This document shows positions 10,691-19,699 of a DNA stretch of 64,000 nt, in pieces; positions within the stretch are counted from its first letter, which is position 1, and each line of letters begins with the position of its first letter. The stretch spans positions 1-64,000 of the forward strand of contig CAWFFH010000008.1 of the NCBI GenBank assembly GCA_963815095.1. Direction: 5' to 3'. Below the pieces are notes generated by a model. It had not been told where the DNA came from, ran no database searches, and saw only the letters and a program-made list of their open reading frames with translations. The DNA comes from Candidatus Bathyarchaeota archaeon. Lineage in GTDB: Archaea; Thermoproteota; Bathyarchaeia; Bathyarchaeales; Bathycorpusculaceae. The position numbers were made by a program, and so were the translations under genes.

Positions 10691-11662
10691 TTACTGTGTT
10701 ATCACAACTTTGAGAGGCTTCTCAGCTGGATTATCCACTATTTGCAAAGCTTTCTCAAAGTCGTCCAGCTTGAATTTGTGTGTTATCAGCCCCTTCACAT
10801 CAACCAGTTTTCGAGCAATTAACTCAACCGCTGCAGGGTACTCAATTGGTGAAATGTAAATCGTGAAAAACTGTGCTTCATCTGCATCTTCTAAGTTCAA
10901 GTAACCCTTAGATTCCCCGACTAACGCGACTTTGCCTACTTTTCGCACCAAAAACGGCGTCTGCTCCACAGCAGTTGTGTTTCCTGCGGCTTCAATTACA
11001 AAGTCAGAACCAATCTTGGTTAGTTTGCGGACAGTTTTGCGCACATCTGATTTTTTGGCGTTGATAACAGCGTCAGCACCGTACTTTTCTGCAAGCTCCA
11101 GTCTGTAATCCTCAAAATCCACCGCAATGACTCGGCACCCCTTCATCAACGCCACCTGCGTCATAAGCAAACCGATAGGCCCTTGCCCAATTACAGTCAC
11201 CCAATCACCCAAATTAGGCTTCAAGTGGTTTAACACTCTAAGCGCCAAAGCTACAGGCTCCACAATAGCAGCTTCTTCATCAGTTAGATTGGCGGGGATG
11301 GGAATAAGGCTTCGAGGAAGCATCGCTTTGGATTCCGCGAAAAAGCCATCTCTGGTCAAACCGTAGAATTTACCACGGACACAGTACGTTGGCAAACCTC
11401 GCAGACAGAAGTAACAATGCCCACAGTTTACGATTGGAACCATAACGGCCCGTTCGCCATTGTCTCCTCTTACTCCGCAAGCATCGTGCCCAATGATTCT
11501 TCCTTTCTTCATCCATTTCCAATCGCCTCGATAGAAATGCATGTCGGTTCCGCAGATGCTACCTGCTTTAAACTTGACAATCGCCCTGGCTCCTTTAACC
11601 ACGGGCTCAGGGACATCTTCGATTTTGATGGCCAGTGGTCCACGATAAACAGCAGCTTTCAA
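10691..11662 (-). CDS. Zn-dependent medium-chain dehydrogenase (sorbitol/threonine dehydrogenase-like)
   Basis: ICGTDMH, GHD (usually GHE), structural Zn CGHCYFC..C, VEP, GQGPIG Rossmann motif. Confidence 0.88.
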   Translation of the reverse strand: MKAAVYRGPLAIKIEDVPEPVVKGARAIVKFKAGSICGTDMHFYRGDWKWMKKGRIIGHDACGVRGDNGERAVMVPIVNCGHCYFCLRGLPTYCVRGKFYGLTRDGFFAESKAMLPRSLIPIPANLTDEEAAIVEPVALALRVLNHLKPNLGDWVTVIGQGPIGLLMTQVALMKGCRVIAVDFEDYRLELAEKYGADAVINAKKSDVRKTVRKLTKIGSDFVIEAAGNTTAVEQTPFLVRKVGKVALVGESKGYLNLEDADEAQFFTIYISPIEYPAAVELIARKLVDVKGLITHKFKLDDFEKALQIVDNPAEKPLKVVITQ

Positions 11663-11768
11663 AAAGAGTCAACCTCAAATAACTGAATGGTAGTTGGCTG
11701 GGTATTAAGATTGTTGTGATGTCCTTCTGGCTACGGGTAGACTAATAACTGCTACGGCATATCAATGG

Positions 11769-11999
11769 GTGATACTTATGAACTTGGATGAATACCCCAA
11801 AGAGAAACTCTGGCAGTTACTAGTCGAAGCCGTCCACGCATCTGTAATGTACCCAACTCATAAGGCCTATACTCGCGATTGCATTTTGCCCCAGAAAGCA
11901 GATGTTTCGGCAGTTGAGCTTGCTGAGCGATTAGGGATGCCGCTTGGTGAAGCACTAATTATTTTGGAAGAATTAACTCAAGTTAAAAAAATGAGTTAA
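11769..11999 (+). CDS. Small hypothetical protein, possible HTH
   Basis: 76 aa; SAVELAERLGMPLGEA helix-turn-helix-like segment. Confidence 0.5.
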   Translation: MILMNLDEYPKEKLWQLLVEAVHASVMYPTHKAYTRDCILPQKADVSAVELAERLGMPLGEALIILEELTQVKKMS

Positions 12000-12100
12000 A
12001 CGGTTTTCGAGGTTTTTTATTATATTATATGTTTTTGATTGCTGCCTAGTCGATATTCTTATATATGCATAACGGCTCACTTGGAAAACAGTGAAAAAAA

Positions 12101-13498
12101 ATGAAAACAACAACGATAGCCGCAATCATACTGATAATCATAATTGTAGCTGGAATAGGCGCGTATGCAGGCTACAATTATGGTCAAAACAATAACAATA
12201 ATCAGCAACCAACCCCCACGCCCGCCCCAACGACCTCTCCCTCTCCGTCGCCATCCGCAAGCCCTTCTCCCACTCCCCGCGCATCATCTTCCCCAACTGC
12301 CTCCCCAACCCCCACTCCGAATCCCACAGCTTCTCCCACTCCATCCCCAACTCCATTGCCTAGCCCAGTAACGCTTAAGGTTGCATCAACCACTAGCCTC
12401 AAAGACACTGGACTCGAAGATGTGCCTGAAATTTTCGCTAACGGAACCGTAGTTAGAGATGACCTCAAAGATGCTTTCCAAGCTAAATATCCATGGATAA
12501 CCGTTAACTTCCTCTATTATGGAACTGGACCCGCTATACAGGCTGCACAGAGAGGAGACGCAGACATGCTACTAGTTCATTCACCCTCACAAGAGCTTCC
12601 TTTCCTAACAGGAGGATACGGTGTTGACCGAAAAATAGTAGCATACAACTTCTTTGTGATTGTTGGTCCAGCAAGTGATCCTGCAGGAATAAACGGTATG
12701 AGTAACGTAAGCCTAGCACTGCAGAAAATATACAACTGCACACAACCAAGCAATCCACAATACAACTCTAACGTTCTTTGGTTCTCAAGAAACGATGCAT
12801 CAGGAACAGCAACAAAAGAAATTTCACTTTGGACCAATGCAAGCTTCACCTACAGTCAACTAGCAGCTCAGACGTCATGGTTTAAAGTTACAGGTTCAGG
12901 AATGGGACCAACCCTTCTAGCCGCGAACTATTATGGCAGCATCGGTGGATACACAATCTCAGACATGGGCACATACTTAGCTTACTACAATAGAGGCGAC
13001 ATACAACTTAAGATACAGATTCAAGCCCAACAAAGCCTTCTTAACGTTTACAGCGCAATAATCGATAACCCGCAAAACGCAGCTTTAACAAACACAAAAT
13101 TTGACGCTTCACTATTATTCGTTAACTTTTTGGTCTCTGACGAAGGACAGCAATTGATCGGTAACTATGGTAAAATAGCCTACGGCCAATCACTCTTTAC
13201 CCCCACCGTACCCTTAATGAGTGGCGCAATCTCCAACGACACTTTGCTCGGATGGATAAAAAGCTACGCTTACATGACCTCCGATACACCTCCAGTGATT
13301 GGGGCTGCCGGAACCGAATGTCCCTCACAGTACCGATACAACGCTGGCAACCTCTACTCAGCAACTTACGACACTGTAGCTAACTTCAACCTTAACATCT
13401 CAATAAGCACACCAAACTACTACATAGCTGACAAACCAAAAATTGTTCCAGCGCAGACGACGGCAAACCCGTTCAGCACTAAAACCTTTTCTGCATAG
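12101..13498 (+). CDS. tupA: Tungstate ABC transporter substrate-binding protein
   Basis: N-terminal TM anchor and P/T/S linker; [56 protein letters not shown]. Confidence 0.85.
   Translation: MKTTTIAAIILIIIIVAGIGAYAGYNYGQNNNNNQQPTPTPAPTTSPSPSPSASPSPTPRASSSPTASPTPTPNPTASPTPSPTPLPSPVTLKVASTTSLKDTGLEDVPEIFANGTVVRDDLKDAFQAKYPWITVNFLYYGTGPAIQAAQRGDADMLLVHSPSQELPFLTGGYGVDRKIVAYNFFVIVGPASDPAGINGMSNVSLALQKIYNCTQPSNPQYNSNVLWFSRNDASGTATKEISLWTNASFTYSQLAAQTSWFKVTGSGMGPTLLAANYYGSIGGYTISDMGTYLAYYNRGDIQLKIQIQAQQSLLNVYSAIIDNPQNAALTNTKFDASLLFVNFLVSDEGQQLIGNYGKIAYGQSLFTPTVPLMSGAISNDTLLGWIKSYAYMTSDTPPVIGAAGTECPSQYRYNAGNLYSATYDTVANFNLNISISTPNYYIADKPKIVPAQTTANPFSTKTFSA
12208..12366 (+). repeat. Pro/Thr/Ser low-complexity linker within tupA
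   Basis: [23 protein letters not shown]... C-rich coding stretch. Confidence 0.8.
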
Positions 13499-13536
13499 TT
13501 TTCGGAAAGACAAAATTTAATTCCCTTCTTTTCTTT

Positions 13537-14301
13537 GTGATATGTATGGCTGATATAATCGTTCCAGCGCTTCAGCAAGCAATTAACTTAATCACTAGCG
13601 GAAACCCAGAAGTTTACGCTACAGTCTATAGAACAATCTATGTTGCGGGATTAGGAACTTTTCTTGCATGCCTCTGGAGCATTCCAATAGCTGTCCTTTT
13701 GGGTCTTTACAATTTTAGGGGAAAATGGTTCATCAAAGGTGTCTTTAACGCGTTAATAGGGATACCCACCGTGGCTTTAGGATTACTTTTGTTTCTGCTT
13801 TTGTCCAGACAGGGCGAATTGGGCTTTTTGAATCTGCTTTTTACCTTAAACGGTATCGCATTGGGGGAAGCAATACTGGTCACTCCAATCATTGTAACTT
13901 TTACTGCTAATGCCTTAAACACAGCTGATGCTCAGCTAAAAGATTTGGCGAAAACCCTTGGCGCATCAGGTTTTAGAACAAACTTGACTCTTGTTCGCGA
14001 AACAATCTGGTCACTGGTGCTTTCTGTGACAGCTTCTTTTAACCGCTGTTTCGGAGAACTCGGCATAGCGTCGCTTGTAGGTGGAAGTATACTTGGGGAA
14101 ACACGGGTCTTAACGACTTCGATAGCGGTTTGGACCAACTTTGGCAACTTCAGTTTGGCAATGGCTTATGGCATTGTCCTTATGGTAATCGTGGTAGCTT
14201 TAGCGGTTACCATAAGTCTGGTTGAACGTGTCAAAGATGAACGTGGGGAACTTAGAAAATTCATTCTGTTGCGCGGATTATTTTCAGGGGTTAAAAAATG
14301 A
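13537..14301 (+). CDS. tupB: Tungstate ABC transporter permease
   Basis: NALIGIPTVALGL, TLGA, FNRCFGELG..LVGGSI.GETRVLTTSIA. Confidence 0.85.
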   Translation: MICMADIIVPALQQAINLITSGNPEVYATVYRTIYVAGLGTFLACLWSIPIAVLLGLYNFRGKWFIKGVFNALIGIPTVALGLLLFLLLSRQGELGFLNLLFTLNGIALGEAILVTPIIVTFTANALNTADAQLKDLAKTLGASGFRTNLTLVRETIWSLVLSVTASFNRCFGELGIASLVGGSILGETRVLTTSIAVWTNFGNFSLAMAYGIVLMVIVVALAVTISLVERVKDERGELRKFILLRGLFSGVKK

Positions 14302-15014
14302 GTGTAATCCTAAAATTATCCGATATTAAGAAAAGTTACCGAAACGTCAAAGCGCTTAATTCAGTGTCATTTGAAATGGAAGGCGGCAAATTGATTGTTC
14401 TGCTCGGAGTCAACGGTGCAGGCAAGAGTACTCTTCTGAGAATTTTGGCTGGTTTAGAAGAGCCCGATTGCGGAACAATACAATTCAATGGTCAAATCTC
14501 AGACTCCAAATCGATTCGTCGATTTTCAACTTTGGTTTTCCAGAAAACCGTCATGTTTACCCTGAATGTCTATGATAATTTAGCATATGGTTTAAAAATC
14601 AGAAAAGTTCCGCATGAAGAAATCGCTAAAATGGTGCCTGAAGCGTTGGCAGCAGTTAGGCTTTCAGGGTTTGAGAAGCGGAAGGCGAAAAAACTTTCCG
14701 GCGGTGAACAACAGCGAATTTCGTTAGCGCGGGCTTTTTTGCTTAATCCTAATGTTTTGCTTTTAGATGAACCCACAGCCAACTTGGACCCAAATAGCGC
14801 AACCATAATCGAGAAAGCAATCATCGATAAAAAAAGCAGCCACCGAATCATAGTGATGGCTACTCATAACTTAAACCAAGCTCGAAGAATGGCAGATGAA
14901 ATCGTGCATATTCACAACGGAGAAGTCGTTGAAGTTGCGAAATCTGAAGATTTCTTTATGAACCCAAAAAGCGAGGTAACCCGCAAATTCATCAACGGAG
15001 AACTCGATTTCTAA
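14298..15014 (+). CDS. tupC: Tungstate ABC transporter ATPase
   Basis: GVNGAGKST, LSGGEQQR, LLLDEPT, H-loop; operon context. Confidence 0.85.
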   Translation: MSVILKLSDIKKSYRNVKALNSVSFEMEGGKLIVLLGVNGAGKSTLLRILAGLEEPDCGTIQFNGQISDSKSIRRFSTLVFQKTVMFTLNVYDNLAYGLKIRKVPHEEIAKMVPEALAAVRLSGFEKRKAKKLSGGEQQRISLARAFLLNPNVLLLDEPTANLDPNSATIIEKAIIDKKSSHRIIVMATHNLNQARRMADEIVHIHNGEVVEVAKSEDFFMNPKSEVTRKFINGELDF

Positions 15015-15018
15015 AGGC

Positions 15019-15621
15019 TTGTTAAGTAGCTTTATATGGACTTTGCCACATAACCCTATTAGAATGCTTAGCAACAAAAAACATACCCTGTCCTGCAAAG
15101 CGTGGATTGAGTACAAAGGAAAACCGTTAATCGGCAAAGGCGGCGCAGAAATCCTCGAAGCTATCGGCAAGGAAAACTCAATTTCTAAAGCTGCGGAAAC
15201 CCTGAGCATGTCCTACCGTTACGTTTGGAACTACATCCAAGAAATCCAAACCGTTATGGAAGAACAGATTGTGGAAACCTACAAAGGCGGAAAATCGGGC
15301 GGAGGCGGCGCAAAACTGACTGATTTAGGCAAAAGTTTGCTAAGCGAATACAAGCAGGCTGAACTTTATTTAGATAAAATTTTATCTAACCCGGGAAGTT
15401 TGGAGGTGAAAAATTTGAAGTTAAGTGCACGCAACCAGTTTAAAGGAAAAGTCTTAGCGGTTGAAAAAGGTGTCATAACCGCCAAAGTTAAAGTCGAAGT
15501 CAAAATGCCCGTAACCGTTACTGCAGTTATAACAAAAGAAGCAGTTGACGAATTAGATATTAAAGTGGGCGACGAAGTAACCGCGATCGTGAAATCAACA
15601 GAAATCATGATTGCAAAATAG
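15019..15621 (+). CDS. modE: ModE-type wHTH fused to TOBE/Mop domain
   Basis: SISKAAETLSMSYRYVW, GGKSGGGAKLT; C-terminal KLSARNQFKG..IT..AV.ELDIKVGDEV.AIVKS; start may be ATG15064. Confidence 0.85.
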   Translation: MLSSFIWTLPHNPIRMLSNKKHTLSCKAWIEYKGKPLIGKGGAEILEAIGKENSISKAAETLSMSYRYVWNYIQEIQTVMEEQIVETYKGGKSGGGGAKLTDLGKSLLSEYKQAELYLDKILSNPGSLEVKNLKLSARNQFKGKVLAVEKGVITAKVKVEVKMPVTVTAVITKEAVDELDIKVGDEVTAIVKSTEIMIAK

Positions 15622-15636
15622 AAAATTTTTATTTTT

Positions 15637-16191
15637 TTATTCTACTACATACCTGTATGTTATGTGTTCGCCTGCTGTTACGCTTTTTCGTGTGATTTTT
15701 AGTATGTCGCCTGGTTTTGCACCTATCGCTTTAACCGCCGGGTCGCCCGATTTGACTTGTGGCATCTGGTATGGTTTAACTTTGAACTGTGCGAGCAATT
15801 GATTCTTTTCTTTTTCGCTTAGGATTTCGTGGAATGGCACTAGAGCGTGCTCAAAGATATCGAACACTGGGAACGATTTAGGTAGCAGTTCCACTTTTTT
15901 CTTCTTTGCGCCTAATTTGACGGCGTGGGTGTACCGTCCTTCGGTGACTACGATGGCTCGGTCAAGGTCTTTTTCCTTCATAATTTTGTAGAGAGTGTTC
16001 ATGGCTGCAATTCCGACGGTAGCTTCACCTAGAATGCACCAGACGATTGCTTTCTCTTTATCCTGTGGAATATCGATAATGTACGCATATGCGCCTTCAA
16101 ACTTTTCTTTTTCGATAAGCTTGTATTTTCTTAATTTGATTAGAACTTCTGCTTTCCGTTCTTCGATCGTTTCAACTTTAGTAGTGCTCAA
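15637..16191 (-). CDS. rpoH: RNA polymerase subunit Rpo5/H with RPB5-like N-terminal domain
   Basis: HALVPFHEIL, QMPQVKSGDPAVKAIGAKPGDILKITRKSVTAG..YRYVV; about 110-aa N-terminal extension; likely start TTG16191 (track ORF starts 16236). Confidence 0.92.
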   Translation of the reverse strand: MSTTKVETIEERKAEVLIKLRKYKLIEKEKFEGAYAYIIDIPQDKEKAIVWCILGEATVGIAAMNTLYKIMKEKDLDRAIVVTEGRYTHAVKLGAKKKKVELLPKSFPVFDIFEHALVPFHEILSEKEKNQLLAQFKVKPYQMPQVKSGDPAVKAIGAKPGDILKITRKSVTAGEHITYRYVVE

Positions 16192-16552
16192 ACCACAAAC
16201 CTCAAAGGTAGAATACTCGCAACCTAAAACAAACATTTGCCCTTAAACTTTATGGTTTCTTCTGTCCAGAGTTGAATTCATACTTTGATTTCCCCTTCTT
16301 TTTTGGTATAAAAACGGTTTGGTGGCTCTTTTTTTGGCGGTAGCGGGACAGTGTTTTTCGAGAATGTCCAAGTTTACTTTAGTTTGAAGAGGTTTTTTAG
16401 GTTCAATGTTCAAGTCGGTTGACGGTGAGCAGTTTGTTTCTCTAAGCAACGACGTTTTGATTCAACCTGTTTTGCCCATCGTGGAGTTGATGTCGAGGAA
16501 ATTCCTACTTCTGAAGGTATAAGTTTAGATAGCGATGAGGAGAGGGTTTAGT

Positions 16553-16746
16553 TTGGGTTTGACTGAGCGTGAGAAGCAAATTTTGCGCCTGAAAAAAGTG
16601 AACTATCAGATTACAAGATTGCTCGAAAGCTACGAGTCGAGGCCAAGAATGTCACTCGATCAAGGAAAACTGCCTTGCGCAAGATCGAGCGGGCACAGGC
16701 AGATTTAGACTTTGCTCTCCAGGTTGGAATCAAATTTAAGGTTTAG
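16553..16746 (+). pseudogene. Frameshifted small HTH protein (sigma region 4/Tfx-like)
   Basis: MGLTEREKQILRLKK, then after a one-base shift in an A6 run SELSDYKIARKLRVEAKNVTRSRKTALRKIERAQADLDFA. Confidence 0.55.
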
Positions 16747-17850
16747 TGTTTGTCTGTTTTGTTTCTGTGGTAGACCAACAACCCAGCAGTTGTCAGCATG
16801 AGACTAAGAAGTAACTGAATTGTCCATATTGGAAACTCTGGAATGGTCGGTGTTGAAGTAGGCGTTGGATTTGGCGATTGTGTTGCGATCGGTGTTAAAT
16901 CAGGAGTTCCATAACCCATGGGAAATATTGCTCATTAGCAGAAGTTGAAGAAATATAAAGTGGATTTCCACCAATCGCAAATATCGCATCATTAACAATC
17001 GCAAGTGCGACACCAACACGCCCCGTTGGCATCAAAGCTCCAAAAGTCCATGAATCATTCTCAGGATTATACACTCTGTTCAGATTTGAACCGGAAAGAA
17101 CATCCTCTACTGACCATCCTCCTAAAAACATAGATCCTTCTCAATGATAATGAGCCTGATGTTGATGCTGCTGAAATTGCAATATTCTCTTGTTCGTCTT
17201 GACTTTTAGTAGGAATGGGCGCACCTAAAGTCCAAGTGTCAGTTGTCGGGTTATAAATCTGGGTATAGTTTACGTATATGGGAATTCTAGAACTGCCGCC
17301 AAAGAAGTAAATTTTATTTTGAAAAACAGCAGACCCATAACCGGAAACAGGATGAGGCATTGATGTAGCGTTATTCCAAGAATCATTCAATTCATTATAA
17401 ACTAAATTTTCGCTGCCCCAAATAACGTATATTTTTTGTCCAAATACATTGGCATCCATATCCCTTCCAGCAACGGGCATAGACTTCTTGGCTGCCCAAC
17501 TGTCATTTGAAGGGTAATAGACTTCATTTAAAGAATAAGTGGAATTAGCATCACTTCCACCAATTACATAAATTGCGTCTTGAACAACAGCTATGGCAAA
17601 AAACTCTCTTGGAGTTGGCATAGACGTTTTGCCAGTCCAACTATCAGCTGCAGGATCATACATATAATTGGCTGAATTACCAATTACGAATATTTTTCCT
17701 TCATAAACAGCAGCCTTGCATCCCGTGACTGCTTGAGGCATATTTGCCTTAGTTACCCAAGTATTCTCAACTGCCAAACTAGCAATAACAGTAAGCATTG
17801 ACGAAGCAATTAAAGAGCAGGACAACAAGGAGCACTAAACTTTTTCTCAT
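16743..17850 (-). pseudogene. Secreted Kelch-repeat protein with PEF-type C-terminal sorting signal, about three frameshifts
   Basis: ATG17850 signal peptide; Kelch repeats (IYVIGG..YYPSNDSW, MPTPR, MPTGR); final frame ends PTPTSTPTIPEFPIW-TM-HRNKTDKH stop at 16743. Confidence 0.75.
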
Positions 17851-17861
17851 ACAGTTTTCTC

Positions 17862-18608
17862 TTAGAACCATATCAATAAAAGGTTTTTCGTCAAGGTTTC
17901 TTGACTAAACCACTGCTTACCCTTCCTACAGTAGAACAACAACCAAGCAGCTACAACTATTGAAGTAAGCAACAATAGTGAAGCCCATAAGGGAAACTCT
18001 GGAACGGTAGGAGTGGGCGAAGTGGAACTTTCAGGTATTGTTATTGTTTCTGTGCTGCTCCAATCGCTGTAATTACTCATTATTAATTGCCATCCACCGC
18101 CAAACTGCGAATTGGGATTGTCGCTAAGGACATAATGCCATATTTGTGCCTGAACTTGAAAATCTGCTGAACCGCCAGAGGAAATTTCTAAACTACTGTC
18201 AAAATGTCCAGAAGCATTGTTTCCCGGCAACCCATACGTCAATACGGTATATTCTGATAGGGGGTTTGCCTGAATAAAAGTTATGTTGGTCCATTCTTGT
18301 GAGAAGTGACCTTTCATTTGAATTTCAAAATACAGGTAATCTGAGCTATTGATTGTTTGGTTTTTTATGGAGATTTGTATTGTTTGGTTTTCGATATGTT
18401 GGGCAGGATTTGTTATAGTCTTGCCCGTGAATGGGTCTATTGAAGTGTTTGCTAGAACATCATAAGAGTGGTTAGCATAGTTTACGATGAATTCTGGTAC
18501 GGACGGCTTTGGGATTGTTTGCGCAGAAGCAGACTTCACTATAATTAGGTTTGAGACAACCATCATAGTTATCAGGAATATTGAGAAACTCTTGCAGATG
18601 TTACCCAT
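17862..18608 (-). CDS. Secreted surface protein with PEF-type C-terminal sorting signal
   Basis: Signal peptide ending ASA-Q, PKPSVPEF, C-terminal PTPTVPEFP-TM-RKGK. Confidence 0.8.
   Translation of the reverse strand: MGNICKSFSIFLITMMVVSNLIIVKSASAQTIPKPSVPEFIVNYANHSYDVLANTSIDPFTGKTITNPAQHIENQTIQISIKNQTINSSDYLYFEIQMKGHFSQEWTNITFIQANPLSEYTVLTYGLPGNNASGHFDSSLEISSGGSADFQVQAQIWHYVLSDNPNSQFGGGWQLIMSNYSDWSSTETITIPESSTSPTPTVPEFPLWASLLLLTSIVVAAWLLFYCRKGKQWFSQETLTKNLLLIWF
17890..17905. repeat. GTCAA-N6-TTGAC palindrome, copy 1
   Basis: gtcaaggtttcttgac; 14/16 identical to 18671-18686. Confidence 0.55.
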
Positions 18609-18670
18609 ATTTAGTATTTGGGTTAGTTGGCGATAAAAGGCTATTCGTAAAGAAAGCTTGACTAATCCCA

Positions 18671-18686
18671 GTCAACATTTCTTGAC
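18671..18686. repeat. GTCAA-N6-TTGAC palindrome, copy 2
   Basis: gtcaacatttcttgac. Confidence 0.55.
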
Positions 18687-18721
18687 AAAAAGAAGGTAAT
18701 AGAAGCAGGTAACACCTTGCT

Positions 18722-18735
18722 GTGGGAAAAGGTCT
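18722..18735 (+). repeat. 14-bp direct repeat GTGGGAAAAGGTCT, copy 1
   Basis: Exact second copy at 19549-19562; degenerate GCGGAAAGGTCT at 20545-20556. Confidence 0.75.
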
Positions 18736-18748
18736 TATGATAAAATTT

Positions 18749-18973
18749 CTAAGAAGGGGTTAGTTGCTTAATTCCTTGTTTTTGTTCATATCGTTTTACC
18801 AAAAAAGGCAACAGAAAAACGAAAAGAGCAATTATAACCAGATTGCTCAAGGCATACACGTTTTCATTAATAATCTTAGAAATTACCAAAATAAAGCAGA
18901 CCACTAACAAAACTAACCCAACGATAACTAACATTATTCTTGATTTTGAAGGAAATATTTTCCCATTATACAT
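18749..18973 (-). CDS. Small two-TM membrane protein (cassette 1)
   Basis: 74 aa, two hydrophobic helices, ends KQLTPS. Confidence 0.65.
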   Translation of the reverse strand: MYNGKIFPSKSRIMLVIVGLVLLVVCFILVISKIINENVYALSNLVIIALFVFLLPFLVKRYEQKQGIKQLTPS

Positions 18974-18985
18974 AGTTATTAGTAT

Positions 18986-19010
18986 TGTTTTGACTTTGCT
19001 TAAAAGATTT
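18986..19010 (-). promoter_or_regulatory. 25-bp repeated promoter-like element, copy 1
   Basis: tgttttgactttgcttaaaagattt; minus strand carries TTTTAA about 27 nt upstream of the start; 12 nt from the start codon. Confidence 0.75.
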
Positions 19011-19016
19011 ACAGGT

Positions 19017-19238
19017 CTAAGAAGAAGGGGTCTGTTTTGCTTGCCTATTCCTTATATTCATTAACATACCTGCGACTCCAAGCAACATAGCTACGATAAT
19101 TATCGAGCTTGGAGGTATAATGGTGCCAACAGTTGCAAAAATCGCAATTAAATAATAAAGTAACATTACGAAGCCAATTAAAGCTAAAACTATACCCATT
19201 TTACCGACTAATGTTAAATTGCGTCTCATTTTTTTCAC
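19017..19238 (-). CDS. Small two-TM membrane protein (cassette 2)
   Basis: 73 aa, two hydrophobic helices, ends KQTPSS. Confidence 0.65.
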   Translation of the reverse strand: MKKMRRNLTLVGKMGIVLALIGFVMLLYYLIAIFATVGTIIPPSSIIIVAMLLGVAGMLMNIRNRQAKQTPSS

Positions 19239-19250
19239 TAATTCTATATT

Positions 19251-19275
19251 TGTTTTGACCTTGCTTAAAAGATTT
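19251..19275 (-). promoter_or_regulatory. 25-bp repeated promoter-like element, copy 2
   Basis: tgttttgaccttgcttaaaagattt; 12 nt from the start codon. Confidence 0.75.
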
Positions 19276-19283
19276 TATAAGAA

Positions 19284-19484
19284 CTATGTAGGGGTCTTTT
19301 TTGTTTTGGGCGTAATCATAAGAATTAACCAGCCTAAGATGGCAAACACAAATCCAAATGCTTCAATCAAGTTGTATAAAAGTGAATTATAAGGTACACC
19401 ATTATTCTGAATAAGCAAATAACATATTAATGCCATACCTAATAAAAAAAAACTGTTACCAACCAATTTCAAATTGGGTTTCAT
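19284..19484 (-). CDS. Small two-TM membrane protein (cassette 3)
   Basis: 66 aa, two hydrophobic helices, ends KKTPT. Confidence 0.65.
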   Translation of the reverse strand: MKPNLKLVGNSFFLLGMALICYLLIQNNGVPYNSLLYNLIEAFGFVFAILGWLILMITPKTKKTPT

Positions 19485-19496
19485 ATATCTTTTTTA

Positions 19497-19521
19497 TGTT
19501 TTGACCTTGCTTAAAAGATTT
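19497..19521 (-). promoter_or_regulatory. 25-bp repeated promoter-like element, copy 3
   Basis: tgttttgaccttgcttaaaagattt; 12 nt from the start codon. Confidence 0.75.
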
Positions 19522-19548
19522 AGCGTAATAGGCAGGGTATCTTCAACC

Positions 19549-19562
19549 GTGGGAAAAGGTCT
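19549..19562 (+). repeat. 14-bp direct repeat GTGGGAAAAGGTCT, copy 2
   Basis: Identical to 18722-18735. Confidence 0.75.
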
Positions 19563-19699
19563 AATTACTCAATTTATGTGTTTTTCGATTCAGAATAGAA
19601 AGGGAGCAGAGAGATAATACGTTAAAACTTGATGTTCCTCTCTTGGAACAGTTTGTTCGATAGATAGAACTAAATTTTACTTAAACCAAAATATTTTAC

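Noticed and set aside
16243-16500. 68-aa ORF or tRNA/att site upstream of rpoH
   Set aside because: No cloverleaf or T-loop consensus recognised; ORF has no motif
18986-19521. Three 25-bp repeats as a CRISPR array
   Set aside because: Intervening sequences are about 220-240 bp and encode ORFs; no cas genes in the window
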